In this document: positions 10,215-19,699 of the stretch, one piece after another
How the letters are laid out: each line of letters opens with the position of its first letter
Position numbering within the stretch: position 1 is the first letter of the stretch
NCBI GenBank assembly: GCA_965230895.1
Contig: OZ246394.1
Span: 833,955-897,954, forward strand
Direction of reading: 5' to 3'
From: an uncultured Gammaproteobacteria bacterium
GTDB taxonomy: Bacteria; Patescibacteriota; Microgenomatia; Levybacterales; UBA12049
DNA length: 64,000 bases
Notes under the pieces: model-generated
Seen by the model: the letters and a program-made list of their open reading frames with translations, nothing else
Told to the model about the DNA's origin: nothing
Database searches by the model: none
Translations under genes and position numbers: made by a program

Positions 10215-11087
10215 TTATAGTTTTATTTGTGTCAATACTTTAATTCTCTCTTCAATGGGAGGATGTGTTGATAAAATGCGCTCGACGAAGTCTTTGGATT
10301 TAAAAGGGTTAGAAAAATATAAATGAGCTGTGGAATGAGATGCATTTGGTAACGGCAACTGATCACGACTAATCTTATCTAATGCAGAAATAAGGTGTTT
10401 TGATCGACCTACCATACGAGCTCCTAATGCATCTGCTGCATATTCTCTCTTTCTGGAAACAGCAAGCTTAACAAGTGAAGCACTAATTGGAGCAATCAAG
10501 GCAAATACCATTCCTACCATAGCCATGGCTCCAGATCGATCCTGATCTGCTGCGGTATTAACAATTGATGCTCTCCAATACATATCTGCAATTATTGAAA
10601 TAATACCCGCTAGCGCAGTTGCAATGGCAAGGATCTTCATATCTGAATTCTTAATATGAGCGATTTCGTGAGCAATAACACTTTCAACTTCTTTCTCAGT
10701 TAGCTTTTCAATAAGTCCTCGAGTGACAACGACTGAAGCATGTTTTTCATCTCTACCTGTAGCAAAAGCATTCATAGCATCCTCGTCTATATAATAAATT
10801 TTAGGCATGGCGAGATTATTCGTTTTACAAAGGTTTCCTACTATTTTATAAATTTCTGGTGCTTGTCTCTTGGAAATACTGATAGCCCGTGTTGAAGCAA
10901 TTACGAGCTTGTCAGAGTAATAATATGCTATTAAATTAATTACAGCAGCAATAAGTAAAAAGATACCTGTTCCAGAAAGACCTAAGTTAAAATTACTCGA
11001 AATAATATACCCGAGGATACCTACAGCTGCAGTGAGAGCAGCCATATATAGGTATGAACGAAGAAAATCTATTGAAACAATTTTCAT
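10215..11087 (-). CDS. htpX: zinc metalloprotease HtpX (peptidase M48)
   Basis: HEIAHIKNSDM HExxH motif, two N-terminal TM helices and M48 architecture. The start is taken at MKIV (ATG 11085-11087) rather than the ORF-track start at 11123. Confidence 0.8.
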   Translation of the reverse strand: MKIVSIDFLRSYLYMAALTAAVGILGYIISSNFNLGLSGTGIFLLIAAVINLIAYYYSDKLVIASTRAISISKRQAPEIYKIVGNLCKTNNLAMPKIYYIDEDAMNAFATGRDEKHASVVVTRGLIEKLTEKEVESVIAHEIAHIKNSDMKILAIATALAGIISIIADMYWRASIVNTAADQDRSGAMAMVGMVFALIAPISASLVKLAVSRKREYAADALGARMVGRSKHLISALDKISRDQLPLPNASHSTAHLYFSNPFKSKDFVERILSTHPPIEERIKVLTQIKL

Positions 11088-11094
11088 GTTTGGG

Positions 11095-11123
11095 ACTATA
11101 GCATAACAATAAGAGCATGTCAA
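11095..11123 (-). promoter_or_regulatory. sigma70-like promoter (TTGACA-17-TATAGT) placing the htpX ATG ~7 nt after the -10, i.e. a likely leaderless mRNA
   Basis: Minus-strand TTGACAtgctcttattgttatgcTATAGT lies immediately upstream of the MKIV start. Confidence 0.4.
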
Positions 11124-11254
11124 CTATAGGTCTTTTTGGCAAATTTGATTTTAACACCTTTCCCGGAGGGTGCCTTGTGCCTGCACCTTCAGCCTAGCTT
11201 TTGAAGTGACTCACATGCAGGCTTGGTTCACGCGGAGCGTGGCAATTAAAACAT

Positions 11255-11671
11255 CTATTCACTTAAGAAGTAGAAATCTAATTTTAAACTTGCATTAAGA
11301 CTAGTAATATCTTTTAAGATTTTTTTATCCAAATTAATATATGGATCAAAGTCCGTATAAAGAAGAGTTGACCGAAATTGAGTGTTATATTTTTGAGTTA
11401 ACTCCTGCAGACTATTCTTATGTGATAAGAGTTTAATAAGTAAATGCTCCAAATGATTTTCTATTGGTTCATTTGCATCAAGCTCAGAACTCAAAATCCA
11501 TACATTTTCTTTTATTTTTATTTCAGCTTGAGTTTTCCCTTTTGGCCCTGATCTTTTCAAATCACCTTTTATCCAAGTCTCTGTAGGTTCAATTCCTATT
11601 TTATTTGATATTTCTTGTGGAGAAAAATTGAAACCATATATCTCAAAACTTACTTTCGTATCATTTTTCAT
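11255..11671 (-). CDS. small cytoplasmic protein directly downstream of the RHS toxin gene, a candidate cognate immunity protein (DUF4279-like pattern)
   Basis: Position and orientation are typical of toxin-immunity pairs. VSFEIYGFNFSPQEISNKIGIEPTE…LDFYF resembles DUF4279-type small proteins as I recall them. Confidence 0.4.
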   Translation of the reverse strand: MKNDTKVSFEIYGFNFSPQEISNKIGIEPTETWIKGDLKRSGPKGKTQAEIKIKENVWILSSELDANEPIENHLEHLLIKLLSHKNSLQELTQKYNTQFRSTLLYTDFDPYINLDKKILKDITSLNASLKLDFYFLSE

Positions 11672-11693
11672 ACAATAATTATAACATAAATTT

Positions 11694-14600
11694 CTAAAGG
11701 TTCTTAATATTTATGTTTAATTGATCGGGTTCACCCTTACCGCTTAGTGGTTTTAGGAAGAGTTCTCCAGTATCATCTTTATATATATCTACACCAGATT
11801 GTTGACCTTTAAGATCGTGGATATCAAAGCCTGCTTTCTTTAGCATTTCTATTTCTCCTGAGTTTAATCTCTTCATTTGTGCAGATGCGTTAATTGCATC
11901 AGTTGCATTAAGAATTTTTCCTGCTTTAATTCCTTTTGCTGCAAGTTTAACTTCGCCAAATATAAAGCTTGCACCAATATCAAAACCCGCACCTCCTTTG
12001 TCAGCTAAACTTGAATTTGGATTTCTTAGAGTATTAACAGCTTCTCTATATAATGAGTTATATATTGCTGTAGCTTGTGGTTTTAATACATCCCTTCCTC
12101 CACTCGTATCTTTCTGAGGCTGATTGTTACCTGCACCTGTATTGTAAACGCTATTGTTAATGGAACCATTTTGAATAGATTTTGTCACAACCACATAATT
12201 ATAATAAGTTGCTGTAGTAGGCTTTTGATAATACGCATTCAAAGCTTGATTATATTTAAGAATTTCGTTCACATGTCCAGACGGATCAGTGTACTTAACA
12301 GGATTATTTTGGACATAGGAATAACTATTTAACGTTTGTGGCTCATATACGTTTTTTACAACAAGATCTGGTTGCGTAAACCTCCTCATGTCTGAACTAT
12401 AGTATCGGGCATTATAATAATTCAGTCCTGTCTCACTATCCTTCTCCTGTCCTGTATATTGGAACTTACTCTTCCCTCCACCAGACTTCACCACACCCCA
12501 AGGATCATATGAAGTTTCTTCAGACACAGATCCTCCAGAGTTAGTTAACAAACTCGCAGATCCGAGATGGTCATTTTGATAGTAGAACCTGTTACCACTG
12601 TTATCTCTCTTTGAAAGAAGCTCTCCATTGACCCAGTAATATGCAGTATTCTGTGCAGAACCTCCTACTGGAGTCTTGGTCTCATATCCATCACTCCATG
12701 AGACCACAGTATTTGCGAGAGTCCCAGTGACATAATTCTTCTTCACCATACGGAGACCGTTGTAGTCATAGACATACTCAGCAATAGTATGACTGTTCCC
12801 ACACTCTTTAACTTTAGACAACTGATTTGCTTCATTATATTCATAACATTTCGTCCCATCAGACGTTAAATTCCCATTCGCATCATACGCATATACTGGA
12901 TGCCAGACATTGAAATTATCAAATATTGCTGATGTTGTAGAGGCTTCAGAACTCCATGTACCTACTTGCTGACCGACAATCATCGATGACACAGGGAAAG
13001 GATTGGCGACAGATGCGAAATTACTCCATGTTCCACCATCAGCTGAAGTATCAAAGTACGTCGTACCAGCTGATTCACGTATGCGGAACCATTTATGGAC
13101 AGCTGGATTATAATCATCCTGTGCCAACCAATTAGATGTGCCATTTACTTTTTTGTACGCTCGGATCTTATTTTCTCCGATAAAGAAGAAGAATTGGTTG
13201 GAATTATCTCCATCGACAATGGTGTAGAGTGGGAAGACTTCCCATGAACCTAATGATTGATTCCCAGCATTCACTACCTGCGTAACCACTGAAGAGTTCG
13301 TAAGGTTGTATGCATTACTACTATCAATGCCATAATATCCACCACCTGCGTTACTTGTCGCTGTGAATTGCTGTGCAGAAACAGTCGCGTTGCTTCCACC
13401 CCAGTTCACCCATCTTCCACTATCTATACTTCCCGTACTCCAGTCGTCTACCAAAGTAGCAGTCGGTGCACTCGCATAATTGAAATTATCAAATGTTGCA
13501 CTTGTCGTGGATCCTTCGCTACTCCATGTACCGACTTCTGAACCGATAACCATTTCTGTCACAGCAAATGGATTTGCAACTGATGCAAAATTTGTCCATG
13601 TCGTGCCATTTGCTGAAGTATCAAAATACGTTGTGCCACCAGATTCTCGGATACGGAACCATTTGTGGACTGCAGGATTGTAGTCATCTTGAGCAAGCCA
13701 ATTAGAAGCACCATTTACTTTCTTGTATGCACGAAGCTTGCCCTCTCCGATAAAGAAGAAGAATTGGTTGGAGCTATCGCCATCAATATATGCATATATC
13801 GGATAGACTTCCCAGGATCCGATGCTTTGATTGCCTGCATTGACGACCTCATTGACGATTGAAGAACTCGTCAGATCATACAACTTACCATTTACATCAC
13901 TATCAACTCCATAATATCCACCGCCTGTTGTACTTGTCATTGCAAGTTGATTGCTAGAGACTGTGACTTGTCCACCACCCCAAATATTCCACTTCGTACT
14001 ATTAATAGTCCCAGATGACCACGTGTCAAAAAGTGATGATGTCAAAGGTGTACCAGATCCATTTACATGAGGAGGAGCTACTTTCTCAGTTGACGAAGTC
14101 ATCGCATGGACTTTGCCGTTGGCACCATATCCATAATCAGTATCTACTCCACTATCAGTGAATTTAGTCAGATTACCAATGGAGCTATACTGATATGCAT
14201 AATTGTATCCTGCGGATTCTGAAGCAGTTTTTAGTCGATCAAGATCATCATAGGTAAATGTCTGCGTTTTACTATCTACTGCATCTGTAATACTTGCAAC
14301 GTTACCCACATTATCATAGGCATAGTTCAAGTCTTGCAGACTGCTTGTCTGAATTCTATTTAATCGGAAGTCATTGGTATTGTATGTATAATTCGTCGTT
14401 AATCCATTGTTGAAATTCTTCTGTGTAATCTTCCCCAACGCATTGTAATTCACATTGCTGACGACATTACTGACCGATTCAATCTCTCCCTGATTATTGT
14501 ACGTATTGGTAATAACTTCACTGTCAGGATTTGTTTGTGTTCTGACTCGATCCATCGGATCATACGCAAATTGTGTCGTCTTGGTGACACCACCGACAGT

Positions 14601-17600
14601 TCTGGCTTCCGCAGTTTTGCGAAGAAGATTGTCATAGGTGTAGGAAACACTTCCCGCAGCATCAGTCACACTCGTTAATGTCCCTTTCCTGCTATTCCCA
14701 TCATAGGTGTAGACGACATCAGTATTTGTAGGATAATCTGTCTTCTTGAGTCGATTAATCTCATCATAGGTCTTTACAACTTGCACATCTCTGTTGTCGG
14801 TTTGTTTTGTGAGATTGCCCACTGCGTCATATTCATATTCCCACGTTCCCATGTCAGGATCAGTCATAGATGTTTTACGACCCAAAGCATCATAGGTAAA
14901 AGTAATATCATTGTCTTCATCGTCTGTAATTTGCATTAATAAATCTCGTGAATCATATGCATATGTTGTTTCATATGTTGCTGCGTCATTTACTTCCTCA
15001 ACTTTGACAATCTTATCGAATGCATTTTTATATTCTTTCTTTACGTTACCATTTTCATCAGTTGTTGTTTCTTTCCAGTGGTCATAGGCAATTGTTTTAT
15101 TGTCACCTTTTGGATTGGTAATTGTTACAGGTCTTCCAATTGCATCATATGTTGTTTGTGTATTTCGGATACCACTTAATGGATTTCGATAATAATCATA
15201 GCTATCATCTTCATGTGGAACAGTCACTTTATTGACTTGCCCAGTCGAATCATAATAGGTATTTGTCACGATTTGTTTTGCTGAGGATGTAGCTTCTGCT
15301 TCTGTTCGTGTCGAAATAGTTCGTCCCAGTCCGTCGATCCATGTATATGTATCAAGCGTTGCAGAGGAAGAACCAGTATTTTCTTTCTTTGAAACAAGTG
15401 TCCCATCTACTCCAGCGGTGTAATAGGTGTATTTTGTTGTTGGATAGGTACTGTTATCACCTGGTTTTATCTCTTTGGTAAGCCTTCCATAGACATCATA
15501 TTCATAATCTGTGGTATTACCATTTGGATCAGTTTTGTAGAGAAGATTTCCGGTTCCCAAATCATAATGGACATAGGTTTCATGGTCTTTAGCGTTCATG
15601 CTAAAAGTAGGATATGTTCCTGTCGTATCATAATTTGTGTATGTATAATGTCCATTCGCGTCCTCAACTTCTGTCTGATTTCCAAAAGAATCGTACGTGT
15701 AATTTGTCGTCGGATCGGTCGTAAACAAACCATCAGTCCACTTTACTTCTTTGGTCAAATTACCTTTTGATGGAGCATCACCTAATCCAGAATGTGAATC
15801 ATAATAGAATGAAGTTTCACTTATTTTTGTCGAATCATTTGATGCTTTGAGTGTCGTCTTTTTGGCTGTATTGACGATCCAATCAGTTGTATTGTACGTA
15901 TATTCATTATATGTATAACGCTCGTCCCCACTAACTCCTGTGTCTCCCAATTCAGATTTCTTTGTCACGTTGCCATAACTATCATATTCAAAGTTTGTTT
16001 GCTTTATCTTTGGATTACTAGCTGAGCCATCATAGGTTAAGATTTTCTCTTCTGTTTGTTTCGTCACGGTTACACCATTTGTCGTTGTATAACTCCATGT
16101 TGGCTGCGTCTCACGATATGGATTGTTTGAGCTATCACGTTCTTGCAGCTCACTCAACTTCCCTGTAAGCGTTTCATATTGATGGAAGACATATTTTTTC
16201 TTTGATCCATTTGGCTCAACTGTATTGACGATAGAAAATCCCTGGAACTGTTTAAGATTATGGTCATAAAATCCATCTTGATAACTATATGTTGTGACAT
16301 CATTTGTTTCTTGATCATTGTCCAAACCGTTATTGACAGTCATTTTAGAAACAACCCATACAGGGAAAGAGAGATCAGATTTACTGTCACTACCCGTATT
16401 GTCATAAATTGTTGATGGCTTATATTCAAAATTAACTACTCCGCCTCTATCTGTTGTTACTTGTTTAAGAAGATGAGGAGCATTTCCGTTATTTTTATAA
16501 ACCTTCCATGATGAAAAATCTCCCTTCACAATATCAGGGAGCCCATCACCAGTAACATCAGTCAATTTTGTTTTATTATCATTAGCATTTATATCAACAT
16601 TTGCAGAATACTCTATCCAATTGTCCCATTGATCTGTCCAATGATCGCCCCTACTGACGAGAACCTTCCATCTATCAGCTCCACCTGGATCCTGATTTTC
16701 GTTCCTGACAATATCAATAAGCCCATCCCCATTAGCGTCAGATATTGTCGATTGAGGCTCTTGGAAATGTGCATTGACGGAATAATCAAGCCATATTGTA
16801 AAGCCCCTGAACCCGCTACCAGTATTGAGCCAAACATACCACGTAGCCCAATTGCCATCGTAAACAGTACGGACAACATCTGATATACCATCATTATTTA
16901 CATCAATCAAACGTACTTGAGGACTTCCAAGTCCTGCTGGCATATTTGTTCCATCAACCCAAACATCACGAGTAGTACTCCAACCTGATCCAGTATTTTT
17001 AAATACTTCCCACTGATAACCTCCGTTATTTGCTTTTGTATGGACGATATCAGGAAGTCCATCTCCGGTCATATCAGCTAAAGTGACATCATTCTCTCGA
17101 AGTTTTATAGATCCATCAACACCACTAAGATTCGTCCAATTTTCAGCTGTAGTATTCCAACTAGTACCAGTATTCCTAAATACTTGCCATACATCTGCAT
17201 CAGGAGAACGAACAATATCCGGTAAATTGTCCCCTGTTACATCAATCAATCGTACATACGGAGTGAATTGTGGATCCAGTCCAGCATTTATACCAGCATT
17301 AGTCACCCAATTTGTCCATTGAGTTGGCCATGAGGTTCCCGTATTTATTAAGACTTTCCATGTAAAGTTAATACCTCCATTAAAATCTGTTCCAACCACA
17401 TCCATATAACCATCACCATTTACATCTGACAAAGTGACATTATCTTGCCCTAAATTAAGATTTATATCTTGATTAATCCATGTCTCAGGCGTGGCATTCC
17501 AGCTTCGAGGCTCATTATTATATTCGAAAGAGGTGGTTAAGTAATTAGATCTATCATCGCCTTTCTCAATTATAGAAGTTAAAAGTGGTTGATTACTGAA

Positions 17601-18491
17601 AGTCGGTGTGTAATTCAAATCATACTCTCTGACAAGATCCTCTCCTATGTATACTTCTATATTGTCAAGATTATTGGGATCAAACATGTAACAACCTTGA
17701 ACGAACACTGGACGTGTATAGCCATGTGCAGGGTTGGAACTTCCACTATCTACATAATGAAATTTGATAATACGGGATTGATCGTTGTTATATTTGATTC
17801 TTTCCAGATAGGACCACCCATACGTCTCACCATATGTATAATAAATCTTATTACTATTGGTATCTGTCACAAGGTCGAGATTCCACATGGTAACAAAATC
17901 ACGATCATTACATTCTCGTTCTGATTGCGATTCATAACCGAAACGGTACTTCGTCCCATCTGGTGTGGTCACAACCCAATACTCACCTTTGACATTAGAC
18001 CCCCCAGTAAGCTTTTGAATTTTCAAATAAGATTCTATCTTTGTATGGTACAAACCGTCTGAAGATACATACACAAGTTCATATACCGCACCTTTGAAAT
18101 ATAATTTAAATTTATCATCGCTTGTATTGGTCGGAGTTCCGTTAACGTCACGCTGAATATACTGCTGGTTTAGAAGCCATCCAATACCAGAGTTCATTTT
18201 CATATCCCTCAAACCTGTACTACTATAATTTATTGAAACTTCAGGTGTTAGATCATTGGTACCTTTTGGAACTTTTATTGGATAAGAATAATTCGCAGAA
18301 CCAGTAAAGATATCAGTCGTAAATCTATCACGTTGATATTTTGGTTCTGTAGTATTTTGGATAGAATAATCAGCAAGTATATCACCGCCCCCAGAAAAGA
18401 GAAGAGCAAAAGAACCAAGGAAACCTAAAGCTAACTTTAATTTAAACGAATGCATATGGTAGTAGGGACAGCTACTATCGATACTCAACAC
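11694..18491 (-). CDS. secreted RHS/YD-repeat polymorphic toxin, TcB/TcC-fusion-like, with SpvB-type N-domain, FG-GAP-like repeats, YD shell, RHS core and a variable C-terminal toxin domain
   Basis: Signal peptide, with the probable ATG start at 18455. SpvB-like GSANYSYPIKVPKG…INYSS…GIGWLL, then six or more DxxGDGxxDxV repeats. Dozens of YD repeats follow (YTYDALGRKT, YEYDAVGNLT…). The core ends in NPVKYTDPSGH (~12273), followed by an unassigned ~190-aa tail. Confidence 0.85.
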   Translation of the reverse strand: MLSIDSSCPYYHMHSFKLKLALGFLGSFALLFSGGGDILADYSIQNTTEPKYQRDRFTTDIFTGSANYSYPIKVPKGTNDLTPEVSINYSSTGLRDMKMNSGIGWLLNQQYIQRDVNGTPTNTSDDKFKLYFKGAVYELVYVSSDGLYHTKIESYLKIQKLTGGSNVKGEYWVVTTPDGTKYRFGYESQSERECNDRDFVTMWNLDLVTDTNSNKIYYTYGETYGWSYLERIKYNNDQSRIIKFHYVDSGSSNPAHGYTRPVFVQGCYMFDPNNLDNIEVYIGEDLVREYDLNYTPTFSNQPLLTSIIEKGDDRSNYLTTSFEYNNEPRSWNATPETWINQDINLNLGQDNVTLSDVNGDGYMDVVGTDFNGGINFTWKVLINTGTSWPTQWTNWVTNAGINAGLDPQFTPYVRLIDVTGDNLPDIVRSPDADVWQVFRNTGTSWNTTAENWTNLSGVDGSIKLRENDVTLADMTGDGLPDIVHTKANNGGYQWEVFKNTGSGWSTTRDVWVDGTNMPAGLGSPQVRLIDVNNDGISDVVRTVYDGNWATWYVWLNTGSGFRGFTIWLDYSVNAHFQEPQSTISDANGDGLIDIVRNENQDPGGADRWKVLVSRGDHWTDQWDNWIEYSANVDINANDNKTKLTDVTGDGLPDIVKGDFSSWKVYKNNGNAPHLLKQVTTDRGGVVNFEYKPSTIYDNTGSDSKSDLSFPVWVVSKMTVNNGLDNDQETNDVTTYSYQDGFYDHNLKQFQGFSIVNTVEPNGSKKKYVFHQYETLTGKLSELQERDSSNNPYRETQPTWSYTTTNGVTVTKQTEEKILTYDGSASNPKIKQTNFEYDSYGNVTKKSELGDTGVSGDERYTYNEYTYNTTDWIVNTAKKTTLKASNDSTKISETSFYYDSHSGLGDAPSKGNLTKEVKWTDGLFTTDPTTNYTYDSFGNQTEVEDANGHYTYTNYDTTGTYPTFSMNAKDHETYVHYDLGTGNLLYKTDPNGNTTDYEYDVYGRLTKEIKPGDNSTYPTTKYTYYTAGVDGTLVSKKENTGSSSATLDTYTWIDGLGRTISTRTEAEATSSAKQIVTNTYYDSTGQVNKVTVPHEDDSYDYYRNPLSGIRNTQTTYDAIGRPVTITNPKGDNKTIAYDHWKETTTDENGNVKKEYKNAFDKIVKVEEVNDAATYETTYAYDSRDLLMQITDDEDNDITFTYDALGRKTSMTDPDMGTWEYEYDAVGNLTKQTDNRDVQVVKTYDEINRLKKTDYPTNTDVVYTYDGNSRKGTLTSVTDAAGSVSYTYDNLLRKTAEARTVGGVTKTTQFAYDPMDRVRTQTNPDSEVITNTYNNQGEIESVSNVVSNVNYNALGKITQKNFNNGLTTNYTYNTNDFRLNRIQTSSLQDLNYAYDNVGNVASITDAVDSKTQTFTYDDLDRLKTASESAGYNYAYQYSSIGNLTKFTDSGVDTDYGYGANGKVHAMTSSTEKVAPPHVNGSGTPLTSSLFDTWSSGTINSTKWNIWGGGQVTVSSNQLAMTSTTGGGYYGVDSDVNGKLYDLTSSSIVNEVVNAGNQSIGSWEVYPIYAYIDGDSSNQFFFFIGEGKLRAYKKVNGASNWLAQDDYNPAVHKWFRIRESGGTTYFDTSANGTTWTNFASVANPFAVTEMVIGSEVGTWSSEGSTTSATFDNFNYASAPTATLVDDWSTGSIDSGRWVNWGGSNATVSAQQFTATSNAGGGYYGIDSSNAYNLTNSSVVTQVVNAGNQSLGSWEVFPLYTIVDGDNSNQFFFFIGENKIRAYKKVNGTSNWLAQDDYNPAVHKWFRIRESAGTTYFDTSADGGTWSNFASVANPFPVSSMIVGQQVGTWSSEASTTSAIFDNFNVWHPVYAYDANGNLTSDGTKCYEYNEANQLSKVKECGNSHTIAEYVYDYNGLRMVKKNYVTGTLANTVVSWSDGYETKTPVGGSAQNTAYYWVNGELLSKRDNSGNRFYYQNDHLGSASLLTNSGGSVSEETSYDPWGVVKSGGGKSKFQYTGQEKDSETGLNYYNARYYSSDMRRFTQPDLVVKNVYEPQTLNSYSYVQNNPVKYTDPSGHVNEILKYNQALNAYYQKPTTATYYNYVVVTKSIQNGSINNSVYNTGAGNNQPQKDTSGGRDVLKPQATAIYNSLYREAVNTLRNPNSSLADKGGAGFDIGASFIFGEVKLAAKGIKAGKILNATDAINASAQMKRLNSGEIEMLKKAGFDIHDLKGQQSGVDIYKDDTGELFLKPLSGKGEPDQLNINIKNL
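12910..14065 (-). repeat. tandem in-frame duplication (2 x ~570 bp) inside the RHS gene, encoding two ~190-aa β-sandwich/lectin-like modules
   Basis: ccgataaagaagaagaattggttgga occurs at 13177 and again at 13747. The protein copies SGTINSTKWNIWGGG…FFFFIGEGKLRAYKKVNG…TFDNFN and SGSIDSGRWVNWGGS…FFFFIGENKIRAYKKVNG…IFDNFN are ~70% identical. Confidence 0.8.
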
Positions 18492-18681
18492 TTGAGTACA
18501 AATCTATAATACACATATACTCAACTCTACTGTCAATTGGAATTAAATGCGAAAAAATACTATTTGGCAAAGTTGAAATTACATATACATTGCTGTGCCG
18601 GATAAAATTCAGTTTTTCTTAAGACTATATTAAGAAATTCATCTCTGGTATTCTTTTTTTCTTTTCTGCATAATAGAGAGT

Positions 18682-19224
18682 ATGGCTGAGACAGAGCATC
18701 ACAAATTACGTACGCATAAGACCGCTTCTTATCATAAACGTCTTCATAGTCGTCGTCATATCATCAAAAGCTTCAAAGCAGAAGCAAATGCAAAACGAAC
18801 TGTTTCAGAAAAGATTGCTGATACCTTAACAGCTCGATTAGGAACAATGGTATTTCTCATCGCAAATGCTTTGTTCTTTGTAGTATGGATTGCACTGCAT
18901 ATGGGTATCTTTCCCTACTCTGCACAATTTGACCCGTATCCATTTAACTTTTTAACATTTGTCGTTTCACTTGAGGCAATCTTTCTAGCAATTATAGTTT
19001 TGATTTCTCAGAACCGATCCGCAAAAATTGATGAGATACGAGAAGAAACAGCACTTCAGATCAATACAATCGCCGAAGAAGAAATTTCAAAGATGCTTGA
19101 GCTCCAAATCAAAATCCTGCAGAAGCAAGGAGTTGATCTATCAAAAGATCCTGAAATTATGGAAATGCTTGAACCGACATCACCAGAAGAGATTGAAAGA
19201 GCGCTGGAAAAGGAAAATAAATAA
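18682..19224 (+). CDS. DUF1003 family membrane protein
   Basis: FDPYPFNFLTFVVSLEAIFLAIIVLISQNRSA matches the DUF1003 signature. Confidence 0.6.
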   Translation: MAETEHHKLRTHKTASYHKRLHSRRHIIKSFKAEANAKRTVSEKIADTLTARLGTMVFLIANALFFVVWIALHMGIFPYSAQFDPYPFNFLTFVVSLEAIFLAIIVLISQNRSAKIDEIREETALQINTIAEEEISKMLELQIKILQKQGVDLSKDPEIMEMLEPTSPEEIERALEKENK

Positions 19225-19698
19225 TTACCTCTTTTCTAACCCAAGTAAAAATTCTTTACATTGTATTCCAGCGACATATCCTCCAAAAGTTCCATTACTG
19301 GCCAGCACTCTGTGACAAGGGACGATAATACAAATCGGATTTCTTCCGACTGCTGATCCGACAGCTCGCACAGCTTTTGGTTTTCCGATCTTTTCAGCCA
19401 AAAACGTATAGGAAACTGTTTTACCCGCTGGTATTTCTCGTAGTGCGTTCCATACTGATTCCTGAAAAGGAGTCCCAGCAAACGTTACTGGAAAGCTAAA
19501 CGTATTTCGTTTCCCTTCAAAATATTCGAGTAGTTCTTCCTTTGCTTTTTTCAAGATTGGATCATCAGAATCTTCCATCCAATCCGATGGAATGCTTGTA
19601 AAATACCTGTCACCTTCTATATGTAAATGTGTAATTGCCTTGGCATCTGATGCAATAGTAATTATACCGACGGGTGAACTTAATTTTAAGTACTTCAT
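19225..19698 (-). CDS. ogt: methylated-DNA-protein-cysteine methyltransferase
   Basis: IPCHRV-type active site (IIVPCHRVLASNG) and VSYTFLAEKIGKPKAVRAVGSA helix-turn-helix. Confidence 0.85.
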   Translation of the reverse strand: MKYLKLSSPVGIITIASDAKAITHLHIEGDRYFTSIPSDWMEDSDDPILKKAKEELLEYFEGKRNTFSFPVTFAGTPFQESVWNALREIPAGKTVSYTFLAEKIGKPKAVRAVGSAVGRNPICIIVPCHRVLASNGTFGGYVAGIQCKEFLLGLEKR

Positions 19699-19699
19699 A

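Noticed and set aside
11124-11254. Possible tRNA-like sequence (ggttcacgcggagcgtgg)
   Set aside because: No acceptor-stem or anticodon-arm pairing for a 72-76-nt cloverleaf could be drawn. It is treated only as an unclassified hairpin region.
12900-17924. Numerous 60-110-aa ORFs antisense or out of frame within the RHS gene
   Set aside because: They are fully contained in a 6.8-kb gene with continuous YD-repeat coding signal, so they are spurious.
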